From: Opitutales bacterium
GTDB lineage: Bacteria > Verrucomicrobiota > Verrucomicrobiia > Opitutales > PNEW01
Length of the DNA: 64,000 bases
Direction: 5' to 3'
NCBI GenBank assembly: GCA_965197745.1
Contig: CBDANS010000007.1
Location: 416,001-480,000, forward strand
In this document: piece after piece, positions 1 to 9,744 of the stretch
Layout of the letters: each line of letters starts with the position of its first letter
Numbering within the stretch: the stretch's first letter is position 1
Notes under the pieces: generated by a model
Told to the model about the DNA's origin: nothing
Database searches by the model: none
The model's input: the letters and a program-made list of their open reading frames with translations, nothing else
Program-made: the position numbers and the translations under genes

Positions 1-2
1 TA

Positions 3-458
3 TTTTATGTCTCATTTCCATTCTTTCTCTCGATACCCATCTGCCTATGGAGTATCAGGATATTATTTAACAATCAATTAAGTAAAGCAGAGATCGTCAC
101 TGCCTATCTGCTCGCGACTTTTGCACTTATCTCAAACTTATTTATTACTATTCCGGCGATAGATGAATTGGAAGAGATTTATGATATTTTAACATTATTT
201 ATTACGTGGATATCTGTCCTTTTCAGTATACTCATAGTAGCGAATAATATGAGGAGGCTGGTGCCCCAGGTGATAAACGTTCCTATTTCTCTGCACCTGG
301 CCTATCTCCCAAATGCCATCTTTTGCCTTCTTGTTTTCAGTGATGATGGAGGACTGGAGAAAGGAGCTTACTTAGTTATATTTACCTCTATTGTCTATAT
401 AGCAAAAATTGTAAGCCTTGCAAAAGTAAAATGGGAAGTGGGTAAAGATGAGCATTAA
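3..458 (+). CDS. Hypothetical integral membrane protein, 5'-truncated by the window edge
   Basis: Frame of ORF 168..458 is open back to position 3 (FYVSFPFFLSIPICLWSIRILF...); several hydrophobic segments; stop overlaps the next gene's start region. Confidence 0.6.
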   Translation, partial: FYVSFPFFLSIPICLWSIRILFNNQLSKAEIVTAYLLATFALISNLFITIPAIDELEEIYDILTLFITWISVLFSILIVANNMRRLVPQVINVPISLHLAYLPNAIFCLLVFSDDGGLEKGAYLVIFTSIVYIAKIVSLAKVKWEVGKDEH

Positions 459-1224
459 CAACGTCGAAAAATTTAAAAATAAAATAGAGCGTAATGAACT
501 CTGTGTAGGTGCCAGTATTACCTTCAATGATCCTGCGATCAGTGAACTCATCGGTGATGCGGGTTACGATTTCATCTGGATAGACATGGAGCATTGCCCC
601 ATTGATACGGCTAATGCATTAAGTCATGTCATGGCTGTGCGCGGAACCGATGCAGCTCCTTTTATTCGAGTGACCTCGGGCGACTCCAATGTTATTAAGC
701 CCATACTCGAACTTCATCCGGCGGCTATAATTGTGCCCCAGGTTCAAGGTGTGGACGACGTTGCCAACGCAGTGGCGGCCTGTAAGTACCCCCCCACGGG
801 GGTGCGTGGATTTGGCGCCCGACGCGGTCGGCAATTTGGAGGTATTCCCTATCCGGAATATCTGAAAAGCGCCGATGACCAGATCATGGTATTCGTCCAA
901 ATAGAACACATAAATGCGGTAGTAGCCTTTGACGATATATTAGCGGTTCCAGGTCTGGATGGGGTCTGCATTGGTTTTAACGATCTCGCTGGTTCAATGG
1001 GGTTGTCGGGGCAGACTACTCATCCTCAGGTGATAGCGGCGGCAGATGAAGTGATAGAAAAAACCCTTAAAACGGATAAATGGGTTGGTATAGCTATGGG
1101 ATACGATGCGTCGGTGATTAATTGGGTAAAAAAAGGAATTCACTGGATCTCGATAGGCAGCGATTTTATTAACCTCTACACCTATTCCAAAAAAGTGTTA
1201 GAGGAGTTACGAGAATCTCTTTAA
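448..1224 (+). CDS. HpcH/HpaI aldolase family protein (2-keto-3-deoxy-sugar acid aldolase-like)
   Basis: GYDFIWIDMEH, YPPTGVRG, VQIEH, VPGLDGVCIGFNDL motifs. Confidence 0.9.
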   Translation: MSINNVEKFKNKIERNELCVGASITFNDPAISELIGDAGYDFIWIDMEHCPIDTANALSHVMAVRGTDAAPFIRVTSGDSNVIKPILELHPAAIIVPQVQGVDDVANAVAACKYPPTGVRGFGARRGRQFGGIPYPEYLKSADDQIMVFVQIEHINAVVAFDDILAVPGLDGVCIGFNDLAGSMGLSGQTTHPQVIAAADEVIEKTLKTDKWVGIAMGYDASVINWVKKGIHWISIGSDFINLYTYSKKVLEELRESL

Positions 1225-1295
1225 TTCATGACCCAGCGAGGAAAGTGTAAATGCGGCAACGCTTATGAGTTGAGCTTATATTATTGCGCCCTTCA

Positions 1296-3308
1296 TTATT
1301 TACTATCCAGAACCTCACGCACTGTTGCTATTAATGATTCAGAGAAATAGGGTTTTTCGAGCATTGTTTTCACACCGAGAAGATCTAAATCCGTTTTATG
1401 CTTTTCATGGCCCTGTCCCGTGGTGGCTATAATTTTCACCTCAGGATCCATTTTTATCAATGTTCGAGACAAACTCACACCGTCCATATAGGGCATGATG
1501 ATGTCAGTCATCACGACGCGAATTTCTTTTTGATATTTTACGAATTTCGCCGTGGCTTCTGTCCCATCTTTTGCGGTCAAAACATTATAGCCCTGTTTAC
1601 CTAAGACTTCCTCAACCATTTCGCATATAGCGGTTTCATCATCGACGACGAGGATCATCTCACCATTTGCTTTTGGAAATTTGGATTCATATCTTTCAGG
1701 GGAAATAACTAATTCGTTAGTTACCGCGGGGAGATACAATTTAAAAACACTTCCATGTCCTTCCTTACTCTTTACCGTAATAAAACCTCCATGATTCCTG
1801 ATAATACCATGTGAAGTGGATAAACCCAGGCCGGTCCCATTACCTTCTATTTTGGTCGTGTAAAATGGATCAAATATAAGCTTCATACATTCGTTTGACA
1901 TGCCATGGCCGGTATCGGTGATTTCGATGGTAAGATACGGCCCCTTTTGTGCTCCAGGGTAAATGGCGGCAAGACTTTCATCCAGGAATTCTTTATCCGC
2001 CAATATATGTATGTCTCCACCTTCAATCATGGCGTCACGGGCATTGATGCAAATGTTTAAGAGGACCTGATGAATTTGCGTAGGATCACCCTTAATGGGC
2101 CAAAGTTCTTTAGGTATATTATAATTAATACTGATATTTTTAGGAAAAATCTCCCTCGTGATTTGGATGATCTCCTTCACCGTATGCTTGGGATGAAATA
2201 AGATAAATTTCCCATCCTCTACACCCCGTGCAAATGTGAGCACCTGATTAACTACGGAGCCGGCATGTTTTGCGCTCTTTTTAATTGTTTTCAGAAGATC
2301 TAAGCTTTTTTCATAGTGGGGGTTAGATAATAATAAATCAGAGACCAGTAATATGGGGGCGAGGAGATTGTTTAAGTCGTGGGCTATTCCTCCTGCCAGG
2401 GTTCCAATACCTTCCATTCTTTGGGCGCGTAACATCTGAGTATCAAGCGCCTTCTTTTCAGTAACGTCGGTATTAATAACGAAAATAACTTTTGGGTAGC
2501 CCAGCTTATCCTGAACCAGAGTCTGTCGACTATGGACTATAATCTTTTTATTTTCTTTGGTTCTTTGAATTAAATCTCCCGACCATGATCCTTTATCAAT
2601 GACCGTTTGCTCTGCGCCAATGGCCTTGGTAATTTCATCTTCATCGATCAGCTCAATCGACTTAATTCCTTTCGCCTCCTGCGCTGAGTATCCGTAGAGT
2701 CGCTCTGCGGATTTATTCCAATATAAAATCCGGTCTCCGGTATCGCGGACGATGATCGCATCGGGAGCTTCATCAAGTAAATTTGCCTGCTCAATTATTT
2801 TTTCCTCTAATAATTTATGGTCAGTAATATCGCGTTCGATTCCCACCAGTCCTATGATATTCCCTATTTCATCCCTGAAAGGGACTTTAGTGCAGGTTAC
2901 CCATTTAATATCTCCTCTATCATTTATTACAGGTTGTGCTTCTTTAGTAATTGAATTGCCGGTCTCATAGAGCTTTTGTTCATCACGGTGATAGCGATGG
3001 GCCAATGCCATGGGATAGATATCAAAGTCTGTTTTCCCAATCATCTCATCGGGTGATGATATACCATTTATAAGCGGCAACGACCGGTTACAGATAACAT
3101 AGCGGTTTTCTTTATCTTTTACGTAGATAAAATCCGAGATATTATCAATCAGAGCGCGAAACAGATTATGGCTTATTGACGCGTCGGCAGATACTTCAGA
3201 GGCTGAACATTCTAAACCTGCTACCGCCTTGAGGAGTAAATTCTCTGATTGATCGCTCTTCGTATAATCTTTTTCCAAATCAAGCTGAGCTGATTGAATT
3301 TTTTGCAT
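1296..3308 (-). CDS. Cytoplasmic hybrid sensor histidine kinase (2 PAS, HisKA, HATPase, receiver)
   Basis: PAS motifs FIYVKD and AIIVRD; H-box LAGGIAHDLNN; N-box NARDAM; G2 GTGLGL; receiver LVVDDE...MTDIIMP. Confidence 0.95.
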   Translation of the reverse strand: MQKIQSAQLDLEKDYTKSDQSENLLLKAVAGLECSASEVSADASISHNLFRALIDNISDFIYVKDKENRYVICNRSLPLINGISSPDEMIGKTDFDIYPMALAHRYHRDEQKLYETGNSITKEAQPVINDRGDIKWVTCTKVPFRDEIGNIIGLVGIERDITDHKLLEEKIIEQANLLDEAPDAIIVRDTGDRILYWNKSAERLYGYSAQEAKGIKSIELIDEDEITKAIGAEQTVIDKGSWSGDLIQRTKENKKIIVHSRQTLVQDKLGYPKVIFVINTDVTEKKALDTQMLRAQRMEGIGTLAGGIAHDLNNLLAPILLVSDLLLSNPHYEKSLDLLKTIKKSAKHAGSVVNQVLTFARGVEDGKFILFHPKHTVKEIIQITREIFPKNISINYNIPKELWPIKGDPTQIHQVLLNICINARDAMIEGGDIHILADKEFLDESLAAIYPGAQKGPYLTIEITDTGHGMSNECMKLIFDPFYTTKIEGNGTGLGLSTSHGIIRNHGGFITVKSKEGHGSVFKLYLPAVTNELVISPERYESKFPKANGEMILVVDDETAICEMVEEVLGKQGYNVLTAKDGTEATAKFVKYQKEIRVVMTDIIMPYMDGVSLSRTLIKMDPEVKIIATTGQGHEKHKTDLDLLGVKTMLEKPYFSESLIATVREVLDSK

Positions 3309-3612
3309 TAATCTGAGCGGCGTCCCGAGGTTGAAAAGTCTGCAACTCCATTATCTGGCACTACCTGTGTAAACTTTGAAATAAGTGGAAAGTGAAACAG
3401 CAAAGGCAGACCCGGGCAATATTATAAATGACACTGTTCGTTAAAAAAAAGTAAAACTATATTTTATATACAAGCAGGAGTTGAGATTCATTAAGGGTAA
3501 ACGATTAGCGAGCACTATTCTCAATCGCCAGATCGAGGTCAGAGGTTGGTGCCGAGATGATGGCGGGAGCGGTGCGAATAGGCAAGTGGTGGCGCTGTCT
3601 TTGGTTTACTGA

Positions 3613-3644
3613 TGACCTTCAAATATTGACCTTAAATATTGACC
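3613..3644. repeat. Short direct repeat (AAATATTGACC x2, three TGACC cores) between divergent kinase genes
   Basis: tgaccttc-aaatattgacc-tt-aaatattgacc read directly. Confidence 0.6.
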
Positions 3645-3739
3645 GTTGATTCTAATTAATCAATAAGTGCATAAATCCTGGGATGAATTAAGACCGCATT
3701 GGGAAGTGATTTTATATATATAATTCTACTCTTAAATAA

Positions 3740-5005
3740 ATGGAAGAAAGCATCAATTACCGGAAATATGCGCTCCTTTATGTAGATGACGAAAAAAAGT
3801 CGCTCGAGTACTTCAAAAAGGCTTTTAAAGAAGAGTTTCGAATCTTCACGGCGTCGAATGCGCAAGAAGGCTATCGCGTATTCGAGGAAAATAAAGATGA
3901 GATCGGGATTCTTATCGCGGACCAGAGAATGCCTGGAGAAAAGGGGGTGGAATTATTACAAAGAGTTCGCCAATCTAAACCACAGGTCCTGAGAATCCTG
4001 GTTACCGCATACACCGATCTTGACGCTGCAATTAATGCCGTGAATTCCGGTTCTATTTATAAATACGTGACCAAACCCTGGAATATACTGGAATTAAATT
4101 TAATTTTGAAAAGGGGGCTTGAGTTTTTTAACGTGCAGCAGGAGCGGGATCATCTTTTGAAGGAAAAGATATCGGTAGTGAATAATATCGTTATTGCCGA
4201 CCGCGTGATAAGTTTTGGTATTCTTGCGGCAGGGTTAAGTCATTATGTGCGCAACTCGATGGCGGCGGTGAGAACATTTATCGATCTCGCGCCGGTACGT
4301 TTAAAGGAAGAGAAAGTAGATTTTGAGAATCTGCATAACCCGAATTTCTGGAGAGATTTCTATGAGCATGTGCAAATTCAAATCAAACAGATAATTGAAA
4401 TATTCAATGATTTAAGTGTGGAATCCGAAGATGCTTCGACGTCATTTCAAGATCAGGTCTACTTGAGAGATCTCTTTGAAACCGTTAATATGAATTTAAA
4501 AAGTTTGTTTCAGGAAAAGGATATTATCGTTAAGAACAATATCACTGACACCCTTCCATCGATGAATGTTGATAAGGATAAGTTTCAACGGTTATTCCAG
4601 CTTTTAATTCAAAGTATGCTCTACAATTTACCGGAGGGAAGTGAAATAAACATCGATGCGAAAGAACTCAGCACCTATAACGGACATAGTCCAAAAGTGA
4701 AAATTGAGATCAAGGATAACGGACCAGGCTTACCTCAAGACGAGCTTCGATCGATGTTTTACCCTTTTAAGAAACAGAGTGGAGAACCTCAGGAATTTGG
4801 TATTAACCTTCTGGCCTGTTATTTCATTGTTTATCACCATGGTGGTAATATTGAAGTTAAATCAGAGAAAAATGGCGGCACAAACTTTATTTTGACGTTC
4901 AGAGCAAATACCCAACTGCAATCACCGAGGGAAGATGAAAGCAGATTTCTTACCAAGGTTATGGTGAATGAAAAGTTGTGGGAAAGAATGCTGGCAGAAT
5001 ATTAA
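3740..5005 (+). CDS. Receiver-histidine kinase hybrid with degenerate ATP-binding boxes
   Basis: Receiver LYVDDE, IADQRMP, YVTKPW; H-box-like AAGLSHYVRN; DNGPG; atypical N and G2 boxes. Confidence 0.85.
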   Translation: MEESINYRKYALLYVDDEKKSLEYFKKAFKEEFRIFTASNAQEGYRVFEENKDEIGILIADQRMPGEKGVELLQRVRQSKPQVLRILVTAYTDLDAAINAVNSGSIYKYVTKPWNILELNLILKRGLEFFNVQQERDHLLKEKISVVNNIVIADRVISFGILAAGLSHYVRNSMAAVRTFIDLAPVRLKEEKVDFENLHNPNFWRDFYEHVQIQIKQIIEIFNDLSVESEDASTSFQDQVYLRDLFETVNMNLKSLFQEKDIIVKNNITDTLPSMNVDKDKFQRLFQLLIQSMLYNLPEGSEINIDAKELSTYNGHSPKVKIEIKDNGPGLPQDELRSMFYPFKKQSGEPQEFGINLLACYFIVYHHGGNIEVKSEKNGGTNFILTFRANTQLQSPREDESRFLTKVMVNEKLWERMLAEY

Positions 5006-5071
5006 AGGAAGTATTATAAAGCGTCGAAACATATTACTAAAAGCGTTTGTTTAAAGGGAAGGGGAGTAGCT

Positions 5072-5845
5072 ATGGTTACGCAGGAACAGATGGATCACTA
5101 TTTGGAAAAAGGATGGGTCGTGATCGAAGGGGTATTTGATCATGCCGTTGTGGACGATATTGCGAAGACAGCGACGACGATAATTGAAGAAGAAATAAAA
5201 AGCCCCGATGTTTCCCCCATGGCCGGTGAACGATTAGAAAGCGGGGAAGTCATTCCCCGTAAAATAATGCAACCATTTTTCAAGCATCCTTCATTTCAGG
5301 AATTTGTTCTAAACGACCGTTTTAATAATGTAATTGAAGAGTTCATAGGCGACACTCCATTGTTGTTAACGGATCAGGTATTCATGAAACCACCTCATCA
5401 CGGAGGCCCCAAACCTTATCACCAGGATGACTTTTATTTCCAGTGTTTTCCCGCAGATCATGTTATTACCGCGTGGATCGCGCTTGACGATGTAGACGAG
5501 GAAAACGCATGCCTGCGCTATATCAGCGGGTCACACAAAGAAGGAATTATACTCCACTACCCAAAATCAGCCGCTGAGTCGTTCAACCTCATACCGAGAG
5601 AAGAGGATATTAAAATGAAGAATGAAGAACTTGCGCCCGTCCATAAAGGAGGAGTCGTATTTCATCACAGTCAAACGCTGCACAGTTCACACCGTAATAA
5701 TTCAGATCGCTGGCGTCGCGCCTATGCCACCCATTGGGTAACGGGTGAGGTTACCTGCAAAAACGAAACTCTCAAGCAGGCCTTATTTAAAACGGATCGC
5801 TACCAGGCATTACTGGATAAGAAAGCGGTGAGTCCTAGAGGTTAA
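5072..5845 (+). CDS. PhyH-family Fe(II)/2-oxoglutarate dioxygenase
   Basis: FMKPP, HQD, TAWIALDD, GSHK, LHSS..N.S..WRR. Confidence 0.92.
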   Translation: MVTQEQMDHYLEKGWVVIEGVFDHAVVDDIAKTATTIIEEEIKSPDVSPMAGERLESGEVIPRKIMQPFFKHPSFQEFVLNDRFNNVIEEFIGDTPLLLTDQVFMKPPHHGGPKPYHQDDFYFQCFPADHVITAWIALDDVDEENACLRYISGSHKEGIILHYPKSAAESFNLIPREEDIKMKNEELAPVHKGGVVFHHSQTLHSSHRNNSDRWRRAYATHWVTGEVTCKNETLKQALFKTDRYQALLDKKAVSPRG

Positions 5846-5877
5846 GATTTATTGGATTTGATCGGGGAGAGCATGCG

Positions 5878-6657
5878 ATGAGGCTGAAAAATAAAGTAGC
5901 ACTGATTACCGGTGCTTCGAGAGGTTTAGGAAAAGCGATGGCTGTCAGTTTTGCCAGAGAGGGAGCGGCCGTAGCGGTCAATTACAATAAGCGTGGAGAA
6001 GAGGCGGAGAACGTTTGCCACGAAGTAATCGAAGCGGGTGGGAGAGCGATACCGGTGCAAGCCAATGTAGCCGACCCCAACTCGGTGAAAGCGATGGTAA
6101 AAAAAGTAGAAGATGAATATCAAAAGATCGACATCCTCGTCAATAACGCCGGGATCCTTAAGAATATTGAATTAACGGATGATTCACTGATAAAACTGGA
6201 TCAATTATTTGAAGTAAATGTAAAAGGCGTAATTCACACGGTACAAGCGGTAGTGAATAAAATGAAAGAGAGGCAATACGGGAGAATTTTAAACATCAGT
6301 TCGATTTCAGGATTAGTGACGGCATTCAAAGGATCCACGGGATATTCCGAGACCAAAGCAGCGGTGATTTCACTGACCAAACGCATGGCACTTGAATTGG
6401 GGCCCCACGGAATAACCGTTAACGCCATTGCCCCGGGGTTTATTAAAACCGATATGACGATGATGTTTGACAACAGTGAAGATGAACAACGCAAAGTAAA
6501 ATGGATGGAAGAAAACGCGATCCTGGGTCGGGTCGGAGAACCTGATGATATCGCGTTACCCGCACTTTTTCTTGTCTCCGGCGAAGCCGGATTTATAACC
6601 GGCCAGACACTTACGGTCGATGGGGGCAGAAAAAATTTCCTCACCCATTCAAGATAA
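5878..6657 (+). CDS. SDR family NAD(P)-dependent oxidoreductase
   Basis: TGASRGLG, NNAG, YSETK (YxxxK), IAPG. Confidence 0.93.
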   Translation: MRLKNKVALITGASRGLGKAMAVSFAREGAAVAVNYNKRGEEAENVCHEVIEAGGRAIPVQANVADPNSVKAMVKKVEDEYQKIDILVNNAGILKNIELTDDSLIKLDQLFEVNVKGVIHTVQAVVNKMKERQYGRILNISSISGLVTAFKGSTGYSETKAAVISLTKRMALELGPHGITVNAIAPGFIKTDMTMMFDNSEDEQRKVKWMEENAILGRVGEPDDIALPALFLVSGEAGFITGQTLTVDGGRKNFLTHSR

Positions 6658-6699
6658 CCTGGAATTGCTCAGGATCCAGAATTGATGATGAATTTTAGA

Positions 6700-9576
6700 T
6701 CAAGGTAATTCGCTATCTGTCTGGAAGAGGCCGATGTAGGGTTTGGGGATGATGGCCGCAGCCCGGGAATTATCAGGATGAAATAAAGTTTTCGCATACG
6801 TGTTAACTATTTCAGCTTTCAAGGAAGCGACAATGTCCTGCATCACGGCGATAGCGTCATCGATAGATTCCGGTTTTTCCTGGGCGCGCTTGAGGACAAA
6901 ATTCAGGAGAAACTCATTGGAGCGAAATGCCTGGCGCGTTTTAATTTTAACGGGTCCAATAGCATCGTATACCTCGGATTCGGAAATTCCATTTTCCGCT
7001 ATCTCTTTTGATATATTAAGTATAGCTTGAGCGAGTTCGGGAGCGTGATCCGGGGAAGTATCGATTTGTGCTTCAATTGCCGCGAACGCGGGATACTCGC
7101 GAAAAGATTGGAACTCCGCTTTCGGATTGTAGGAAAGGCCAAGATCTTCACGTAATCGATCCCATAAACGTCGCTCGATAACACCGCTGAGCACTTCTAA
7201 AGCGATGCGGTCCTGCAGTTTCAACTCTTGTTTAATCGGCCAGAAACCGACAACCATGGCCTGGTGTTCCTGACCCGTAAATTCAAGTTGGCGGAAACCG
7301 GCCGGGGCGTTTATTTTTACTTCGCGATCGGGTGCGGCATTTAGTTTCTGGATACGCCGGTCATCTAATGCGCCCAGGGTTTTAGCCATGCTTTCGACAA
7401 CCTCGTCTTTATTTATGTCACCGACTATACTAACTTCGATATAACCGGTTTTAAGCGGTTCTTCGAGCCAGTCCCGGACATCGTTGACGCTGACTTCGGC
7501 ATAATCTCTTCTTGTTCCCCAGGAAAAGCGACCGTCTCCTTTAAAGATATAACTTTGAAAGGCACGATAGCCATTTTGTATACCGATCGATGAAGACGTT
7601 CGATATTGGGCCGCGCCCCGGATGGCATTTTTATAACTGAACCGATAGATGGTCGGTCGATGTAGATACTCAGTAACGATCCCGAGATAATAATCCAGGG
7701 ACTCACTGCCCATCATTCCCCGGAAACTGAAAGCGTCGTGGTCGGTCAAATCAAATCCAAAATTAATCATTGCGGATTTAACGATAGAGGAGATCTGGTA
7801 AGGTTCATAGCGGCTCGTCCCACCGCCGAGGAAGGACTGGAGAGCGAACTCCCGCAAACCCGGCAAATTTTTCTTAAGGTCGAAAAACCCCCCGCCGACA
7901 CGCACAATGACCCTGACCGCACCGGGTTCATGGTGTGATTCAATTAAATTCAAGCGGACATTATTATCGAAACGCATTAAGTGAGCACCGATCTCAGGTA
8001 TCGTTTTTGATTCGACGACGACTCCCGTTTTCCCCCAACTAACCGGTTCGAATTCAAATTCGGACTGATACTGAAATTTCTGTAGATTGGCCGGATCTTT
8101 TCGCCCTTTTGTAATTTCAGCTATAATATTTTTTCCGGCGTCTTTTATTTCAGCGTCACCGGCAATATGATAAGACATATTATCGAGTTCCCAGCATTCT
8201 TTAAAAGAACGGTGTACCGTCCTTTTATTAAGATCTTTGAGATAATCTATTTGTGACGAGAAATCATGATCATAACCAATGAAAACAGTATCTTCGGTAA
8301 TGGATTTTACTATGTGTTCGCATATCTTAGATGGGTCCATTTTAGGATATAGGGAGCGCAATTTTTGCGCCCGAAATAAACTTCGGTTGCGTTGCCATAA
8401 AATGTCTTTTTCCGCAAATCCTTTATTATGGGTGTAACGAATAACTCTATCCAAGGCGCGGACACCCTCCTGCCATTTATTACCACTGACATCAATCGAA
8501 GCTATGGCGGCATCATGATCAAAGAACTGTGTGTACCCGGCTGAACCTTTTGAAGCAAAGGGAAGGGTATCACCGAGCCGTCGCTGGAGGAGTGACATCG
8601 AAAAGTTTCGGTAAAATTTCTGACGTCTGGCATCGCTTGAATCCGCTCGATTACGTGGGGCCGCAACAGAAGCAGCGCGGACCGAAGCTGCTCCAACATG
8701 AGATACCCTGAATGCCGCCGCGTTGAGAGAACGCGATTTTTTCAGACGACCGATGTTGCGTTTAGGTAAAGATGTCGACGGTTTTTTAATGTCGCTAAAG
8801 TTTTCTTCAATTAGGCTGGATAATTGTGATGACTGAAAATCACCGACGGCGACTAGAACCATCAAATCCGGACGGTACCAATTACGGTGAAATTCAAGAA
8901 ACTGATCACGCCTCAGATGTTTAATGCTTTGAGGTGTACCGATTGGCATACGGTCAGTAAATGTCAGTCCATTGAAGATCACCTGGTAGGAGGCCACTTC
9001 AGCCCGGTAGGATAATCCATCTCGGCTTCGCAACTCACTTAAGATGACATTGCGTTCCTTATCGATCTCAGCTGTCTCGAATTTAATACCGTCCGCGATA
9101 TCGCGGAAAAACAAGAGCCCTTTCCTTAAGAGTGATTCGTTACTTTCCCAGAATTCAAGGCCATAAACAGTATGGTCAAATGCGGTGAGCGCATTCACAT
9201 CTTGACCGAGTTCCATTCCCAGTTGCTGGAAAAAGGAAGCCAGTTCACCGGCATCAAAATGACGGGTGCCATTGAATGCCATATGTTCAATAAAATGGGC
9301 AATCCCCAGATTCTCTTCAGTCTCCTCGATTGAGCCGGTGAGAATGAGGAATTTCATGGTTACGCGATTGGGAGCACCCGGGTGTTCCAAGAGAGCGTAT
9401 CTTATCCCGTTTGCTAATCTACCCCAGACGACCCGATCGTCAGCCGACAAACGGCTTCGCTCATGAGCCCATTTTAATTTCCAATCTTCTCCTCTTACTT
9501 CAGATGTCCCGATGGTGAGAAGTCCGAGAAGGACCATGGTTAAAATCGGCTTTAATTTTGTTATCGGGGCAATCAT
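6700..9576 (-). CDS. M16 (insulinase) family zinc peptidase, PqqL-like, exported
   Basis: Inverted Zn motif HFIEH (HxxEH); LANGIRY; NALTAFDHTVY; LREDLGLSY; signal-like N-terminus; 958 aa. Confidence 0.9.
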   Translation of the reverse strand: MIAPITKLKPILTMVLLGLLTIGTSEVRGEDWKLKWAHERSRLSADDRVVWGRLANGIRYALLEHPGAPNRVTMKFLILTGSIEETEENLGIAHFIEHMAFNGTRHFDAGELASFFQQLGMELGQDVNALTAFDHTVYGLEFWESNESLLRKGLLFFRDIADGIKFETAEIDKERNVILSELRSRDGLSYRAEVASYQVIFNGLTFTDRMPIGTPQSIKHLRRDQFLEFHRNWYRPDLMVLVAVGDFQSSQLSSLIEENFSDIKKPSTSLPKRNIGRLKKSRSLNAAAFRVSHVGAASVRAASVAAPRNRADSSDARRQKFYRNFSMSLLQRRLGDTLPFASKGSAGYTQFFDHDAAIASIDVSGNKWQEGVRALDRVIRYTHNKGFAEKDILWQRNRSLFRAQKLRSLYPKMDPSKICEHIVKSITEDTVFIGYDHDFSSQIDYLKDLNKRTVHRSFKECWELDNMSYHIAGDAEIKDAGKNIIAEITKGRKDPANLQKFQYQSEFEFEPVSWGKTGVVVESKTIPEIGAHLMRFDNNVRLNLIESHHEPGAVRVIVRVGGGFFDLKKNLPGLREFALQSFLGGGTSRYEPYQISSIVKSAMINFGFDLTDHDAFSFRGMMGSESLDYYLGIVTEYLHRPTIYRFSYKNAIRGAAQYRTSSSIGIQNGYRAFQSYIFKGDGRFSWGTRRDYAEVSVNDVRDWLEEPLKTGYIEVSIVGDINKDEVVESMAKTLGALDDRRIQKLNAAPDREVKINAPAGFRQLEFTGQEHQAMVVGFWPIKQELKLQDRIALEVLSGVIERRLWDRLREDLGLSYNPKAEFQSFREYPAFAAIEAQIDTSPDHAPELAQAILNISKEIAENGISESEVYDAIGPVKIKTRQAFRSNEFLLNFVLKRAQEKPESIDDAIAVMQDIVASLKAEIVNTYAKTLFHPDNSRAAAIIPKPYIGLFQTDSELP

Positions 9577-9744
9577 TGAATTTAAAAGAAATCACTAATG
9601 AAAATATTCTCAAGGATAGAAAAGAGAAGAAACAGCATGGAGAACAATTTAATGTAAGTACACCCATTTTCAATTGTCTTATTGAGAATAGCTACGCCAA
9701 ACTTCGTAAACTCACTGACCGATTTATATCCTGAGGCCTTATTT

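Noticed and set aside
3646..3663. FNR/CRP box TTGAT...ATCAA
   Set aside because: Spacer is 8 nt rather than the required 4
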